DNA of 64,000 nt from Bacteroidota bacterium (lineage in GTDB: Bacteria > Bacteroidota > Bacteroidia > Sphingobacteriales > Sphingobacteriaceae): positions 65,709-129,708 of the forward strand of contig JAZKIH010000075.1 in the NCBI GenBank assembly GCA_040384965.1. Direction: 5' to 3'. The notes under the pieces are model-generated. The model worked only from the letters and a program-made list of their open reading frames with translations. It was not told where the DNA came from and did not search any database. Below are positions 1 through 9,592 of the stretch, in pieces. A program made the translations under genes and the position numbers. Positions within the stretch are counted from its first letter, which is position 1; every line of letters begins with the position of its first letter.

Positions 1-29
1 ACCAGCTTATTGTAACTAAATATAAAGAA

Positions 30-779
30 TTAATGATTCAACAATTCAGGTAGTGAAGCTTTAAAAAACAAAGGTGCGGCATTTGTCGGCAAAGCCACGC
101 TGCCCGTGTATTGCTCGTCTATATCGAAACTTGTAACATACCACGGACTGGAAATCAAGTCAGATCTGATTAATTCGTTCTCGTGTACACATTGAATTGC
201 AGCCAGGTCAGCAATTATTCCCTTCGAACAGGCCTTTAGTATAGCCTCTTTTCGCGTCCACAGTGTATAAAATGCTTTGAGCGGGACAATAGCTTGGGTA
301 ATATGGTTTATTTCTTCTTCCGTGAAGTAATGCTCCAGAATCTCTGAATAATGGAAGTCAGGGTTTACCTTTTCAATATCCACACCGAGCTCCTGATAAC
401 TAAAAGCAATTAATACCCTGTTATCTGTATGACTGAGATTAAACTTAGGACTACTTTTATGTTGAACATCAACGATTGGACGTTTATTTTGACCGCTTGT
501 AAAAACAATGCTTTCGGCCTTAGTGCCAATATATTTGCTTAGAAAAAGGCGTAGGTAAGCTCTTCTTACGATGTAGTTTTCCGTGTCTTTTTGAAAATGG
601 AATTTTCTGGCCTTAACTGCTTCTTCATCGGAAAGCATCGCTTCTAAACTTTCCAGGTAGGGCTTCGTTTCCGATACATTTATATCCCAAATATGGCATG
701 AATTCTCTAACAAAGGAATGTGCGATCCCTGCATCCACTTTGCAGCAACAGACTGAAAAGAGATTGTTGTAAAGTCCAT
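30..779 (-). CDS. Sfp-type 4'-phosphopantetheinyl transferase
   Basis: From ORF 30..815. PPTase motifs are FNLSHTDNRVLIAFS, GVDIEKV and WTRKEAILKA (W-x-x-KEA-x-x-K). The track start at 815 is TTG. The first ATG (MDFTT) is at 779 and overlaps the TAA of the upstream NRPS by 1 nt (TAATG), so 779 is preferred. Confidence 0.9.
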   Translation of the reverse strand: MDFTTISFQSVAAKWMQGSHIPLLENSCHIWDINVSETKPYLESLEAMLSDEEAVKARKFHFQKDTENYIVRRAYLRLFLSKYIGTKAESIVFTSGQNKRPIVDVQHKSSPKFNLSHTDNRVLIAFSYQELGVDIEKVNPDFHYSEILEHYFTEEEINHITQAIVPLKAFYTLWTRKEAILKACSKGIIADLAAIQCVHENELIRSDLISSPWYVTSFDIDEQYTGSVALPTNAAPLFFKASLPELLNH

Positions 780-3700
780 TACTTTGAAGAAAACCTGACA
801 GCATTGTCGAGACAAGCCTGCAGGATCTTTGCAAATTCTTTATCATTAGGCGGAGCGAAAATGTAATTGTGCTCCCCCGGTATTTCATGAATACGTACAC
901 CTTTTAATGCAAGAGGCTTCCATCCGAGGTATTCAAAATCGTCCATGTAGAACGTTTTCTTCTGGGCTCTGAAGAGTTCGATGGAGCCATTGTATGGAGT
1001 AAAAACATACTTTTCCCATGCTTGAACATTCTTAATATCAATCTTATTGGCGTAGCCAAAAAAGCCTTCCTGGTTTTGATCTTTCCCGAAACGGAATTTC
1101 CAATACAGTTGGATGAACCTCCTTTTAATCGCTTCCGTTTTATACTCGATAGTTCTTTTTGGGTCTTCTTTATATAGGGTAGCTGTGTATAGTATTTGCT
1201 TGGTCAGGTATCGTAAATTAGTATATACCTTCTTTGCGAAGCCATCGTAGCGATCTGATTGGTAAGCATAGGTATCGAACATGGCAAGCATCTTTACGTC
1301 TTTGTTCATGGCCTTCAATTGCTTTGCCATTTCAAATGCTATTATTCCTCCAAAAGAGAAGCCAGCCAGTGCATAGGGACCGCGGGGGTTCTTTTTGAGT
1401 ATTTCTGAGATGTAAAACGCAGCCATATCCTCTATTTTTTCAAGAGGTTCATCTATCCCGTTCAGGCCTTTTGCCTGTAAGCCATAAACTGGCTGTTCAG
1501 AGTCCATGTTTTTCGCCAGCGTGTTGAAGAACAAAACGTTCAGTCCCGCCCCATGTACAATATATAGAGGCATTTTATTTCCCTCGGTACGAATTGGTAC
1601 AAGCGAGTCCCACGTTATTGACTTAGAATCCATCTGGAGCATTAGCGCCAGGGACTCGACGGTGGAACTTTCAAAGAAGGAGGCCAGGGGAAGGCGTTTC
1701 CCTGTTTGTTTTTCGATGTGGGTCATTACTTGCATTGCAATTAATGAATGACCACCAAGTTCGAAAAAGTCATCATAGACGCCAACAGACTCAACGCCAA
1801 GTAATTCAGCCCAAATGTTTGCTACCATCTTCTCGAGATCTGTGCGCGGCAGCACTTTATTCATTTTTGGTATTTCAGGCTTGCCCGTTTGCGTGCCTGC
1901 TGATTGGGATTGTACGGGTAGATCCGGCTTAATTGAGCCTTCTTCTGATTGTTGCTGAACTGGGTCGCTGCCGGCCTTAACTGGTAATGCTTCAAGTAAT
2001 TCTGCAAAAGCTCCGAGAACGGAATGTTTAAATAAGCTTGTCAGCGGTAGTTTACGACCAGTTTCTTTTTCAAGGCGGATCATCACCTGAACTGCTGTAA
2101 GCGAATGTCCGCCCAGTTCAAAAAAATCATCATGTAAGCCTATATAATCGAGCTTTAGGAACTCTTTCCAAATGTCTGTAACCAGTTTTTCATTTTCTGA
2201 TGCCGGTTTTTGTCCTGAAAGCCTCCCCTGAACAATGTTGTTTGGTTTTGGCAGAGCCTTCCGGTCAATTTTTCCATTCGGTAGCGTGGGGATGGATGGT
2301 AATCCAACATATTCGCCCGGAACCATATACGCCGGTAATAATTCCTTGAGGCCTGTTTTCCAGCTTAAAACTTCTTCGGGAGTCAGAATTAGGGTTTTCC
2401 CTGATTCGCTGTGTTCATGGCTGTCAGGATTAAGAGGTACTATATACGCAACGAGGCGCTGGTCGCCGGGCCGGTTTTCATAAGCGGAAACAACGCAATT
2501 CCCTACTGCTTCTAAGCTGTTTAACGCACTTTCTATGGCGCCGAGTTCAATTCTGTATCCCCTGACTTTTACCTGATTGTCTATGCGGCCGAAACATTGA
2601 ATTTCACCGTTAGGCAAGAACTTGCCCAGATCTCCGGTACGGTATATCCGGAGAACGCCGGCATCAATTGTGGTGCTTATGAAGCTTTTTTGGGTAAGTT
2701 CTGGTTGATTCCAATACTCTCTGGCAAGGCCATCGCCGGAAATGTAGATTTCGCCAGTATTCCCTGGTAGTACAACATGCAAATCTTCATCGAGTATGAA
2801 AATTTTAGTGTTGTCGATTGGTCGTCCTACAGTAATTATTTCAGTGGAATCAGTAATCCGCTTTACGGACGACCATATAGTAGTTTCGGTTGGACCATAC
2901 ATGTTCCAGACCTGATCGCATCTCTCCAACAGCAGTTCGGCGAGATCCTGTGGAAGTGCCTCTCCTCCGCATAATGCTTTCAGGTTCAATTTGTCATCCC
3001 ACCCTGTTTCAACCATCATGCGCCATGTTGACGGAGTGGCTTGCATTACCGTAATGCGCTCATTTTTGAGCAGATCAATAATTTCTCTGCCGTCTCTCGC
3101 ATCTTCAGCATCGGCAAGAATAAGTTGAGCGCCGCTTATGAGTGGGAGATAAAGTTCCAGGCCTGAAATGTCAAAAGAGATTGTAGTAACCGCCAGGAGC
3201 TTATCTTCAGCAGATATCCCGGGTGCCTTCTGCATGCTGCACAGAAAATTGGTAAGGCTGTGATGCTCTATAGCGATTCCTTTTGGCTGGCCAGTCGACC
3301 CTGAAGTATATATGATGTATGCAAGGTCATCACCATTAATAGTTACCTGTTGCTCGATGGAAGGATAGTTAATCAGGTTTTCTGCAATTTCCTCAAAGAC
3401 GATCTCATTGATGTTTCCATTAACAAATTGGCCTTTATAGTCAGCAGATGTCAGCAGTGCTTTTGCCGCTGAATCGCTCAGCATATATTCAATACGTGTC
3501 TTTGGATATTCAGGATCAACAGGAATATATGCCGCTCCTGTTTTCATGATCGCCAAAAGGCTTATGACCATTTCCAATGAGCGATCCATTGCAATGGCTA
3601 TTCGGTCTCCGCCTCTGATTCCAAGATCAATCAAATAAGCTGCAAGTCGGTTCGTCTGCGCTTCCAGGTCGCTATATGAAACTTCTGAGTTTTTAATTTT

Positions 3701-5182
3701 GATAGCCGCCTTATCGGGATAGAGTTTAGCATTGCGGCTAACAAACTCGTGGACTGGCGTGTTAGCTGGGTAGCTGACAGTTGTTTCATTCCAGTCGGCC
3801 AGGCTTTCGGTATAGTGATTTTCGTTTCTCCCGGCCAGCTCATAAACAGAAGTCTCAGGGTCGTGTACAACAGTATGAAGCATGCTCACAAACTCTGCCA
3901 TCATTTGTTTTATCGAGTCACGCTTGAACAGTTGGGTGTTGTAAGTCCATTCCAGGACAAAGTTTTGTCCCGTATCCGTGGCGTTCACAAATATTTCAAA
4001 GTTTTCGTAATCCCTTTTATTAGAAAAAAGGCTATTCTCCATATCGTCAAACTTCACTGCATCGCCTATTCCCATATCGATACTGAACACAATCGATACT
4101 AAAGGCAAACGCGAGGGGTCACGGGAGACGTTTAGCTTCTTCAGCAGGCTTCCAAAGGTGAATAGCTGATTGTCGTACGCTTCCAGGGTGGCATTTTTAC
4201 GCGTGTTCAAATACCTGGAAAAACTGGTGTCTTCTCCGAGCCTGCTTCGAAGAGGCAGAAAGTTGATGCAATGACTCATCAGCGAGTAGTTACCGGTAGC
4301 GGCCTGCCCCGCTGTAGGAAGTCCGAGCACGATGTCGTTTTGCTTCGTTATTTTATATAGAAAAACTTCAAATACAGCCCTTAAAATAATTGCCAGACTA
4401 CATCTGGTTTTACTTGCCAGGGACTTAATATCGCCTAGCAGGCCGGCGTCCATCACGATATCGTATCTCTCACTTTTTGTTGTTCGGATCGCGGGTCGTA
4501 CTCCATCCAGAGGAAGCTCCAGAATAGGAATAGAATCCTTAAACTCGTTGAGCCAAAAGCGTTCTATCTGTTTGTAATCGTCTGATTGGGTAAAGGTTTG
4601 TTGCTTGTGAGCGTATTCCTGAAACGAAACGGGTTCATCAAGAGTGCTCGTTTGTCCTTTAATACAGGTTGTATAATTACTTCCAAGTTCTTCAAGAAAC
4701 AATCCCATTGACCAGCCATCGCAAACAAGATGGTGTATCGTGAAAACAAGAATATGTTTTTCATTTTCGATGCGGAATAGGGAAAGCTGATATAGCGGCC
4801 CGTTAAGCAGATCGAAAACGACATTAATCTGGGTACGGATGTAGTTATCTAAAGCAGAATCCTTTTGTACAGGTGCAAGTGATGAAAGATCTTCAAAATG
4901 CATTTGCAGTACCCCATCACTTTCTATCCGAACCTGTGCGCCGTCTTCGGTGAACGTTGATCTTAGAGCTTCATGACGGTTAATCTCTTCCTGTAGACAT
5001 TTTTCAAGGCATGATTGGTCGAGATTTCCGGTGAGCGTTAATGATACGGATAGATTATAAGCGCGGTTAGCATTGTCTCCGCCAACTATGCATGATATCC
5101 ATACTTCCTGTTGCGCCTCTGTCGCTGGAGCAAATGATATTTTTGTCTTGTCTGTTATGCTGCTGTCTGAGAGAGAACGCAT
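779..5182 (-). CDS. NRPS termination module, C-A-T-T-TE
   Basis: 1467 aa. C domain has HHLVCDGWS. A-domain cores are LAYIIYTSGSTGQPKG, FDISGLE, NMYGPTETT, YRTGDLG, GRIDNQVKVRGYRIEL and PNGKIDRKAL. There are two carrier domains: FFELGGHSLTA (Ser codon 2102..2104) and FFELGGHSLIA (Ser codon 1745..1747). The thioesterase has GFSFGG (Ser codon 1355..1357) and a C-terminal GEH. Confidence 0.95.
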   Translation of the reverse strand: MRSLSDSSITDKTKISFAPATEAQQEVWISCIVGGDNANRAYNLSVSLTLTGNLDQSCLEKCLQEEINRHEALRSTFTEDGAQVRIESDGVLQMHFEDLSSLAPVQKDSALDNYIRTQINVVFDLLNGPLYQLSLFRIENEKHILVFTIHHLVCDGWSMGLFLEELGSNYTTCIKGQTSTLDEPVSFQEYAHKQQTFTQSDDYKQIERFWLNEFKDSIPILELPLDGVRPAIRTTKSERYDIVMDAGLLGDIKSLASKTRCSLAIILRAVFEVFLYKITKQNDIVLGLPTAGQAATGNYSLMSHCINFLPLRSRLGEDTSFSRYLNTRKNATLEAYDNQLFTFGSLLKKLNVSRDPSRLPLVSIVFSIDMGIGDAVKFDDMENSLFSNKRDYENFEIFVNATDTGQNFVLEWTYNTQLFKRDSIKQMMAEFVSMLHTVVHDPETSVYELAGRNENHYTESLADWNETTVSYPANTPVHEFVSRNAKLYPDKAAIKIKNSEVSYSDLEAQTNRLAAYLIDLGIRGGDRIAIAMDRSLEMVISLLAIMKTGAAYIPVDPEYPKTRIEYMLSDSAAKALLTSADYKGQFVNGNINEIVFEEIAENLINYPSIEQQVTINGDDLAYIIYTSGSTGQPKGIAIEHHSLTNFLCSMQKAPGISAEDKLLAVTTISFDISGLELYLPLISGAQLILADAEDARDGREIIDLLKNERITVMQATPSTWRMMVETGWDDKLNLKALCGGEALPQDLAELLLERCDQVWNMYGPTETTIWSSVKRITDSTEIITVGRPIDNTKIFILDEDLHVVLPGNTGEIYISGDGLAREYWNQPELTQKSFISTTIDAGVLRIYRTGDLGKFLPNGEIQCFGRIDNQVKVRGYRIELGAIESALNSLEAVGNCVVSAYENRPGDQRLVAYIVPLNPDSHEHSESGKTLILTPEEVLSWKTGLKELLPAYMVPGEYVGLPSIPTLPNGKIDRKALPKPNNIVQGRLSGQKPASENEKLVTDIWKEFLKLDYIGLHDDFFELGGHSLTAVQVMIRLEKETGRKLPLTSLFKHSVLGAFAELLEALPVKAGSDPVQQQSEEGSIKPDLPVQSQSAGTQTGKPEIPKMNKVLPRTDLEKMVANIWAELLGVESVGVYDDFFELGGHSLIAMQVMTHIEKQTGKRLPLASFFESSTVESLALMLQMDSKSITWDSLVPIRTEGNKMPLYIVHGAGLNVLFFNTLAKNMDSEQPVYGLQAKGLNGIDEPLEKIEDMAAFYISEILKKNPRGPYALAGFSFGGIIAFEMAKQLKAMNKDVKMLAMFDTYAYQSDRYDGFAKKVYTNLRYLTKQILYTATLYKEDPKRTIEYKTEAIKRRFIQLYWKFRFGKDQNQEGFFGYANKIDIKNVQAWEKYVFTPYNGSIELFRAQKKTFYMDDFEYLGWKPLALKGVRIHEIPGEHNYIFAPPNDKEFAKILQACLDNAVRFSSK

Positions 5183-5185
5183 TAA

Positions 5186-8100
5186 TTAGTGCTTCGTATA
5201 TAACTGAGCAAACTGCTCTAAAATTGAATATTTAAATAATGTAGTTAATGGCAGGCGAACGCCGGTTTCTTTTTCCATCCGTATCATCACCTGTACTGCC
5301 AGCAGCGAATGCCCGCCTAACTCAAAAAAATCTGCATTGAGATTTAACGTTTTTAAACTCAATACATCTCCCCATACTCTGGCCACCCGCTTTTCGATTT
5401 CCGTTCCCGGCAAATTATCTGTATTGTCAGAAAAGCCTTTATCCTGAGGTTTAGGCAGCTTATTTATGTCAATCTTGCCATTAGGAAGCAAAGGCATTTT
5501 ACTAACCCTCACGAACTCGGAAGGGATCGTGTATGCAGGAAGAAATTCTTTAAGACGTTGTTTCCATTCCATTTCTTGCTCACTGCTGAAATCCCCTTCG
5601 TTACCAGATGGGTTTCTCGCATACTCGTAAATATCAGTATTAAGATTTGTAAACTCAACAGGTTGAGGGATTTTATCACCGAGAGCTTGCGGTATGAAGA
5701 TAGCGTCGAATAGCCCGTCTGCGCCGTCGCTTGACCAGCGAATGTGTGTGTTAAAACCTTTGTTTTTTCCGAGATTCCACAATGACTGAGGATCTTGTCC
5801 GTTTGTCACCTGGTGAAGTGCCGCCTTAACTTTACTTACTGTCGGATTTTCGACCTCATTTTGAATAACTTCCTGGAGCCGGTGATCGACTGAAGTTCGG
5901 GTATTAAAAACGTTCGTAATTGAAATAACCTTTGATAGGTTTTTGTCAATTATTGTCGAAATATCGTCGATAGTTGAAGCTGGGAGCCATGGTATTTCTA
6001 CTTCTGCCGCAGCAGACATAGATGGACCATTGACAAAGAGCCATATATCGTAATGATATTTAGTAGTTTCATTCAAATGGCTGCCTTCCCGTAGCTGTAT
6101 ATTCACTGAGGTAATTGCGGGAATAACCTGTGGAAGCAGATAGAAAAACCCCGGGTCTGCAACTAATTCATCTTCAACTCTAACTCGTCGCTCAACTATT
6201 TTTTTGAATTCGGTAGTTAGCTGCTGATCGTCACTGCGGTTTAGCTGATCCAGGGCATGATACATAGACAGTGTATTCTTGCCCTGCATGTCACCAATAA
6301 AGATGCAGCCGCCATCTTTTAATGCTTTAGATGACTCCCGGAGAACTTTCAGCAGATACTCTGCATCCGGGAAATATTGTACGACGCCGTTTATTATAAT
6401 TAAATCGAGAGAGTGGGGTTCAACAATGCTCAGGTCATCTGCCGGAGCAGCCAATGCTGTCACGTTTCTAAACTTTTCCGGTTCGGCATCAAGTTTTTCC
6501 TGCAGTTTACTGATCGCTGTTTCAGAGTAATCAGTAGCTACAAACTTCTCAGTTAAAGGTGCAATCTCGAACACTAGCTGCCCCGCACCACAGCCTAATT
6601 CCATCGTGTTCTTTGTGACTAGTATTTTAATACGGTCTACCGATTGTTTAAGCCATTCTTCAACTTCTCCTTTAATATCCTGGCGTCCGCTTATTTGCTG
6701 AGCTACTGCAATATCCAATTGCCTTTCACCAACGGTAAGGAGATTTTCTGCAACAGCGCCTCTTTGATAAAGATCTTCCCATCTTTCCTGCCATGTAGGA
6801 TGGGAGTTTGTGGCAACATATTCAGGAACTATAAAGGCAACAAGCCGCATGTCTCCAGCTGCATTTTCTTTCGGAACAACGATCGCCTCCTTTACTTCAT
6901 CATTTTGATTAAGGAAATGTTCAATCGCAGATAACTCAATCCGGTGGCCTCTGATCTTTATCTGATTATCTATCCGGCCCAGGTAAACGATTTCACCCGA
7001 TCCTGTGAATTTGCCCAGGTCTCCTGTCCGGTAAATTGTCTGGTGCTTGTTGTCCAAAAAAACATCAGTTATAAAATTACCGGCTGTTAATGCTGGTTGA
7101 TTAAGATATCCCCTTGCAAGGCCTTCACCCGCTATATAAATCTGGCCTTCGAGCCCCGGCATTACAGGATGTAGGTTCTCGTCCAGGATATAAATGCTTG
7201 TATTATTTATAGGCCTGCCTATAGTAATCGCCTCACCCTTTACACTAATATTCTTGATGGACGACCAGATGGTTGTTTCGGTAGGCCCGTACATGTTCCA
7301 AACTTCGTGAGTAAGGTCAATAAGTTTATTAGCAAGATCCGATGACAGTGCTTCCCCGCCGCAAAGCGCTTTTATCTCAACTGGTGTATTCCAGCCGGCA
7401 TCAATCATCATTTTCCATGTAGATGGAGTAGCCTGCATGATACTTATCTGGTGTGATTTTATCATATCCATCAAAATCCGTCCATCTTTAACAGCTTCTT
7501 TATCTGCAATGATTACTTCTGCGCCGCTAATTAGGGGCAGAAACAACTCCAGCCCGGCAATGTCGAACGAAATTGTGGTAACGGCGAGCAGGCGATCACT
7601 ACTTGTGATGCCGGGCGACGTTTGCATGCTGTGTAAAAAATTAACAACGTTGTGATGTTCCAGCAGCGTGCCTTTAGGTTTTCCGGCAGATCCGGAGGTA
7701 TAAATTATATACGCAAGATCTGAGCCGCCAACCGGTACAATTGGGTTAGTATCCGGGTATGTTGGCAGTTTCGCTCCTATTTCCTCAAGAATAATCTCCG
7801 GAATCTGTGAGTTAAACCGGCCTTTATAATGTGTCTGTGTTATCAGGATCTTTGCAGAAGAATCAGACAGCATATACTCAATGCTTTTTTGGGGATAGAG
7901 CGGATCAATAGGTACATATGATGCCCCGCATTTAAGGATGGCTAATAAGGCTATAAGCATTTCCGCTGAACGGTCAACCGCCAGCGCAACCCTATCATCT
8001 TTTTCTATGCCATAGGTCAGCAGATGCCTCGATAGCTGGTTAGCTCGTGCATTAAGTTGATGGTATGTGAAGTAGGTGTCGTTGAAAGTTACGGCCTTAC

Positions 8101-9592
8101 TGTGTGGATATTCAGCTGCTGTCTGCTCAATAAGGGAGTGAATGGATGCCTCCTTTGGATAGTAGGCGTCGGTGTTATTTTGAATTCTCTGTGATTTGGC
8201 AAAGGTGTCTGACGGTTGCAGTCGGATTTGACCAATCTTTATCTGCGGATTTTCGACTATAGCTCTGAGTAGAGATTCGAAATCGTCCATCATTCTTTTT
8301 ATCGTACTCTCTTCAAACAGATATGTATTATATGACCACTCCAGAGTCAAAGAATTGTTGGAACCGCTGGCATTTAAGAATATCTCGAAATTTTCAAACT
8401 CGCGTTTATTAATTACGAGAGTGTGCTCAAGATCTTTAAACTTAACGCCATCATCCAGGCCAATGTCAATATTGAAAACTATTGGGATTAACGGTATCCT
8501 TGAAGCATCACGTACCGCGCCCATCTTCTTCAATAGACTGCCGAAGGTAACCTGTTGGTTTTCGTAAGCGTCGAAAATTGAGCTCTTGCGTAACTTTAGA
8601 AAGTTAACAAAAGTTGACTCTTGGTCGTGTTTGCTTCTTACCGGGAGCATATTTACACAATGTCCCACTAAGCCGTAAATATTATCAGCAGCCTGTCCCG
8701 CTGAGGGGATTCCAAGCACAATATCCTTCTGCCCCGAGATTTTATGTAGAAATACTTCGAAAGCAACGATCATAGTAGTTATGAACGTACAGCCAGCCTG
8801 AGACCCTACTTCCCGAATTCCATTTATCAGTGTTTTGTCTAGCTTATAGTCGTCTCTCCGGCTTATGTAAGTCCTGGTTTCCGGTCTGATATGGTCGGTG
8901 GGAATATCCATAACCGGAACATCATCCTTGAACTGTTCTAACCAATAACCCTCTATACGCTGATATTCCGGACTGTCATGGAAAATCTTCTGTTCCGCAG
9001 CGTAATCAGAGAATGAAGGAGCGGGATCAAGTGCTGCTAAATGTCCATCGATAAAAAATGAATAAGCTTTTGCGAGTTCCTGCATAATAACTCCGATCGA
9101 CCAGCCATCGCATATAATATGATGTGCAGAAAGGGTGAGGTGGTGGCGATCATCGGCCTGCTTAAATAAATTAACGCGGAAAAGCGGCCCAGTTTCCAGA
9201 TTAAACGCGGTGCGAGCGTCGTTTTTAAGAAAGTCTGTTATAATGTGTGCTTGCTCATCGTTTAAACGAATACTAATATCTTGATAAGTGAAAGACAGAA
9301 CACCTTCTTTGAAGATGCATAATTGCTTACCGTTTGCACTGAATCCCGACCGTAGGGCTTCATGCCTCTGAATTATATAGCTTAGGGCTTTTTCAAGTGC
9401 CGCATGTTTAAGACTGCCTGTGAGTTCGAGAGAAACTGATTCGTTGTAAGAGCGGTTTGCGTCCTCGCCGCCCAACACGCAGGCCGCCCAAATTTCAATC
9501 TGGGATTCTAATGCAGGTACAACCTTATCAATTTCGGGACCTGCAAAAGGGTCAAATTCGATTGGCCGTAAGCTATAGTCCTTCTCTGTCAC
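5186..9592 (-). CDS. NRPS elongation module, C-A-T with a methyltransferase inserted in the A domain
   Basis: 1468 aa. C domain has HHIICDGWS. A-domain cores are LAYIIYTSGSAGKPKG, FDIAGLE, NMYGPTETT and GRIDNQIKIRGHRIEL. A ~400-aa insert follows, carrying SAM motif I ELGCGAGQLVFE (about nt 6575..6600). Cores A9/A10 then resume (LPAYTIPSEF, PNGKIDINKL). The T domain is FFELGGHSLLA (Ser codon 5306..5308). The start is GTG at 9592, overlapping the upstream TGA (GTGA). Confidence 0.95.
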   Translation of the reverse strand: MTEKDYSLRPIEFDPFAGPEIDKVVPALESQIEIWAACVLGGEDANRSYNESVSLELTGSLKHAALEKALSYIIQRHEALRSGFSANGKQLCIFKEGVLSFTYQDISIRLNDEQAHIITDFLKNDARTAFNLETGPLFRVNLFKQADDRHHLTLSAHHIICDGWSIGVIMQELAKAYSFFIDGHLAALDPAPSFSDYAAEQKIFHDSPEYQRIEGYWLEQFKDDVPVMDIPTDHIRPETRTYISRRDDYKLDKTLINGIREVGSQAGCTFITTMIVAFEVFLHKISGQKDIVLGIPSAGQAADNIYGLVGHCVNMLPVRSKHDQESTFVNFLKLRKSSIFDAYENQQVTFGSLLKKMGAVRDASRIPLIPIVFNIDIGLDDGVKFKDLEHTLVINKREFENFEIFLNASGSNNSLTLEWSYNTYLFEESTIKRMMDDFESLLRAIVENPQIKIGQIRLQPSDTFAKSQRIQNNTDAYYPKEASIHSLIEQTAAEYPHSKAVTFNDTYFTYHQLNARANQLSRHLLTYGIEKDDRVALAVDRSAEMLIALLAILKCGASYVPIDPLYPQKSIEYMLSDSSAKILITQTHYKGRFNSQIPEIILEEIGAKLPTYPDTNPIVPVGGSDLAYIIYTSGSAGKPKGTLLEHHNVVNFLHSMQTSPGITSSDRLLAVTTISFDIAGLELFLPLISGAEVIIADKEAVKDGRILMDMIKSHQISIMQATPSTWKMMIDAGWNTPVEIKALCGGEALSSDLANKLIDLTHEVWNMYGPTETTIWSSIKNISVKGEAITIGRPINNTSIYILDENLHPVMPGLEGQIYIAGEGLARGYLNQPALTAGNFITDVFLDNKHQTIYRTGDLGKFTGSGEIVYLGRIDNQIKIRGHRIELSAIEHFLNQNDEVKEAIVVPKENAAGDMRLVAFIVPEYVATNSHPTWQERWEDLYQRGAVAENLLTVGERQLDIAVAQQISGRQDIKGEVEEWLKQSVDRIKILVTKNTMELGCGAGQLVFEIAPLTEKFVATDYSETAISKLQEKLDAEPEKFRNVTALAAPADDLSIVEPHSLDLIIINGVVQYFPDAEYLLKVLRESSKALKDGGCIFIGDMQGKNTLSMYHALDQLNRSDDQQLTTEFKKIVERRVRVEDELVADPGFFYLLPQVIPAITSVNIQLREGSHLNETTKYHYDIWLFVNGPSMSAAAEVEIPWLPASTIDDISTIIDKNLSKVISITNVFNTRTSVDHRLQEVIQNEVENPTVSKVKAALHQVTNGQDPQSLWNLGKNKGFNTHIRWSSDGADGLFDAIFIPQALGDKIPQPVEFTNLNTDIYEYARNPSGNEGDFSSEQEMEWKQRLKEFLPAYTIPSEFVRVSKMPLLPNGKIDINKLPKPQDKGFSDNTDNLPGTEIEKRVARVWGDVLSLKTLNLNADFFELGGHSLLAVQVMIRMEKETGVRLPLTTLFKYSILEQFAQLYTKH

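Noticed and set aside
625-900. A 91-aa minus-strand ORF spanning the NRPS/PPTase junction, and the TTG-extended PPTase start at 815.
   Set aside because: It overlaps the TE-domain coding end in another frame. The PPTase has a clean ATG at 779 coupled to the NRPS stop.
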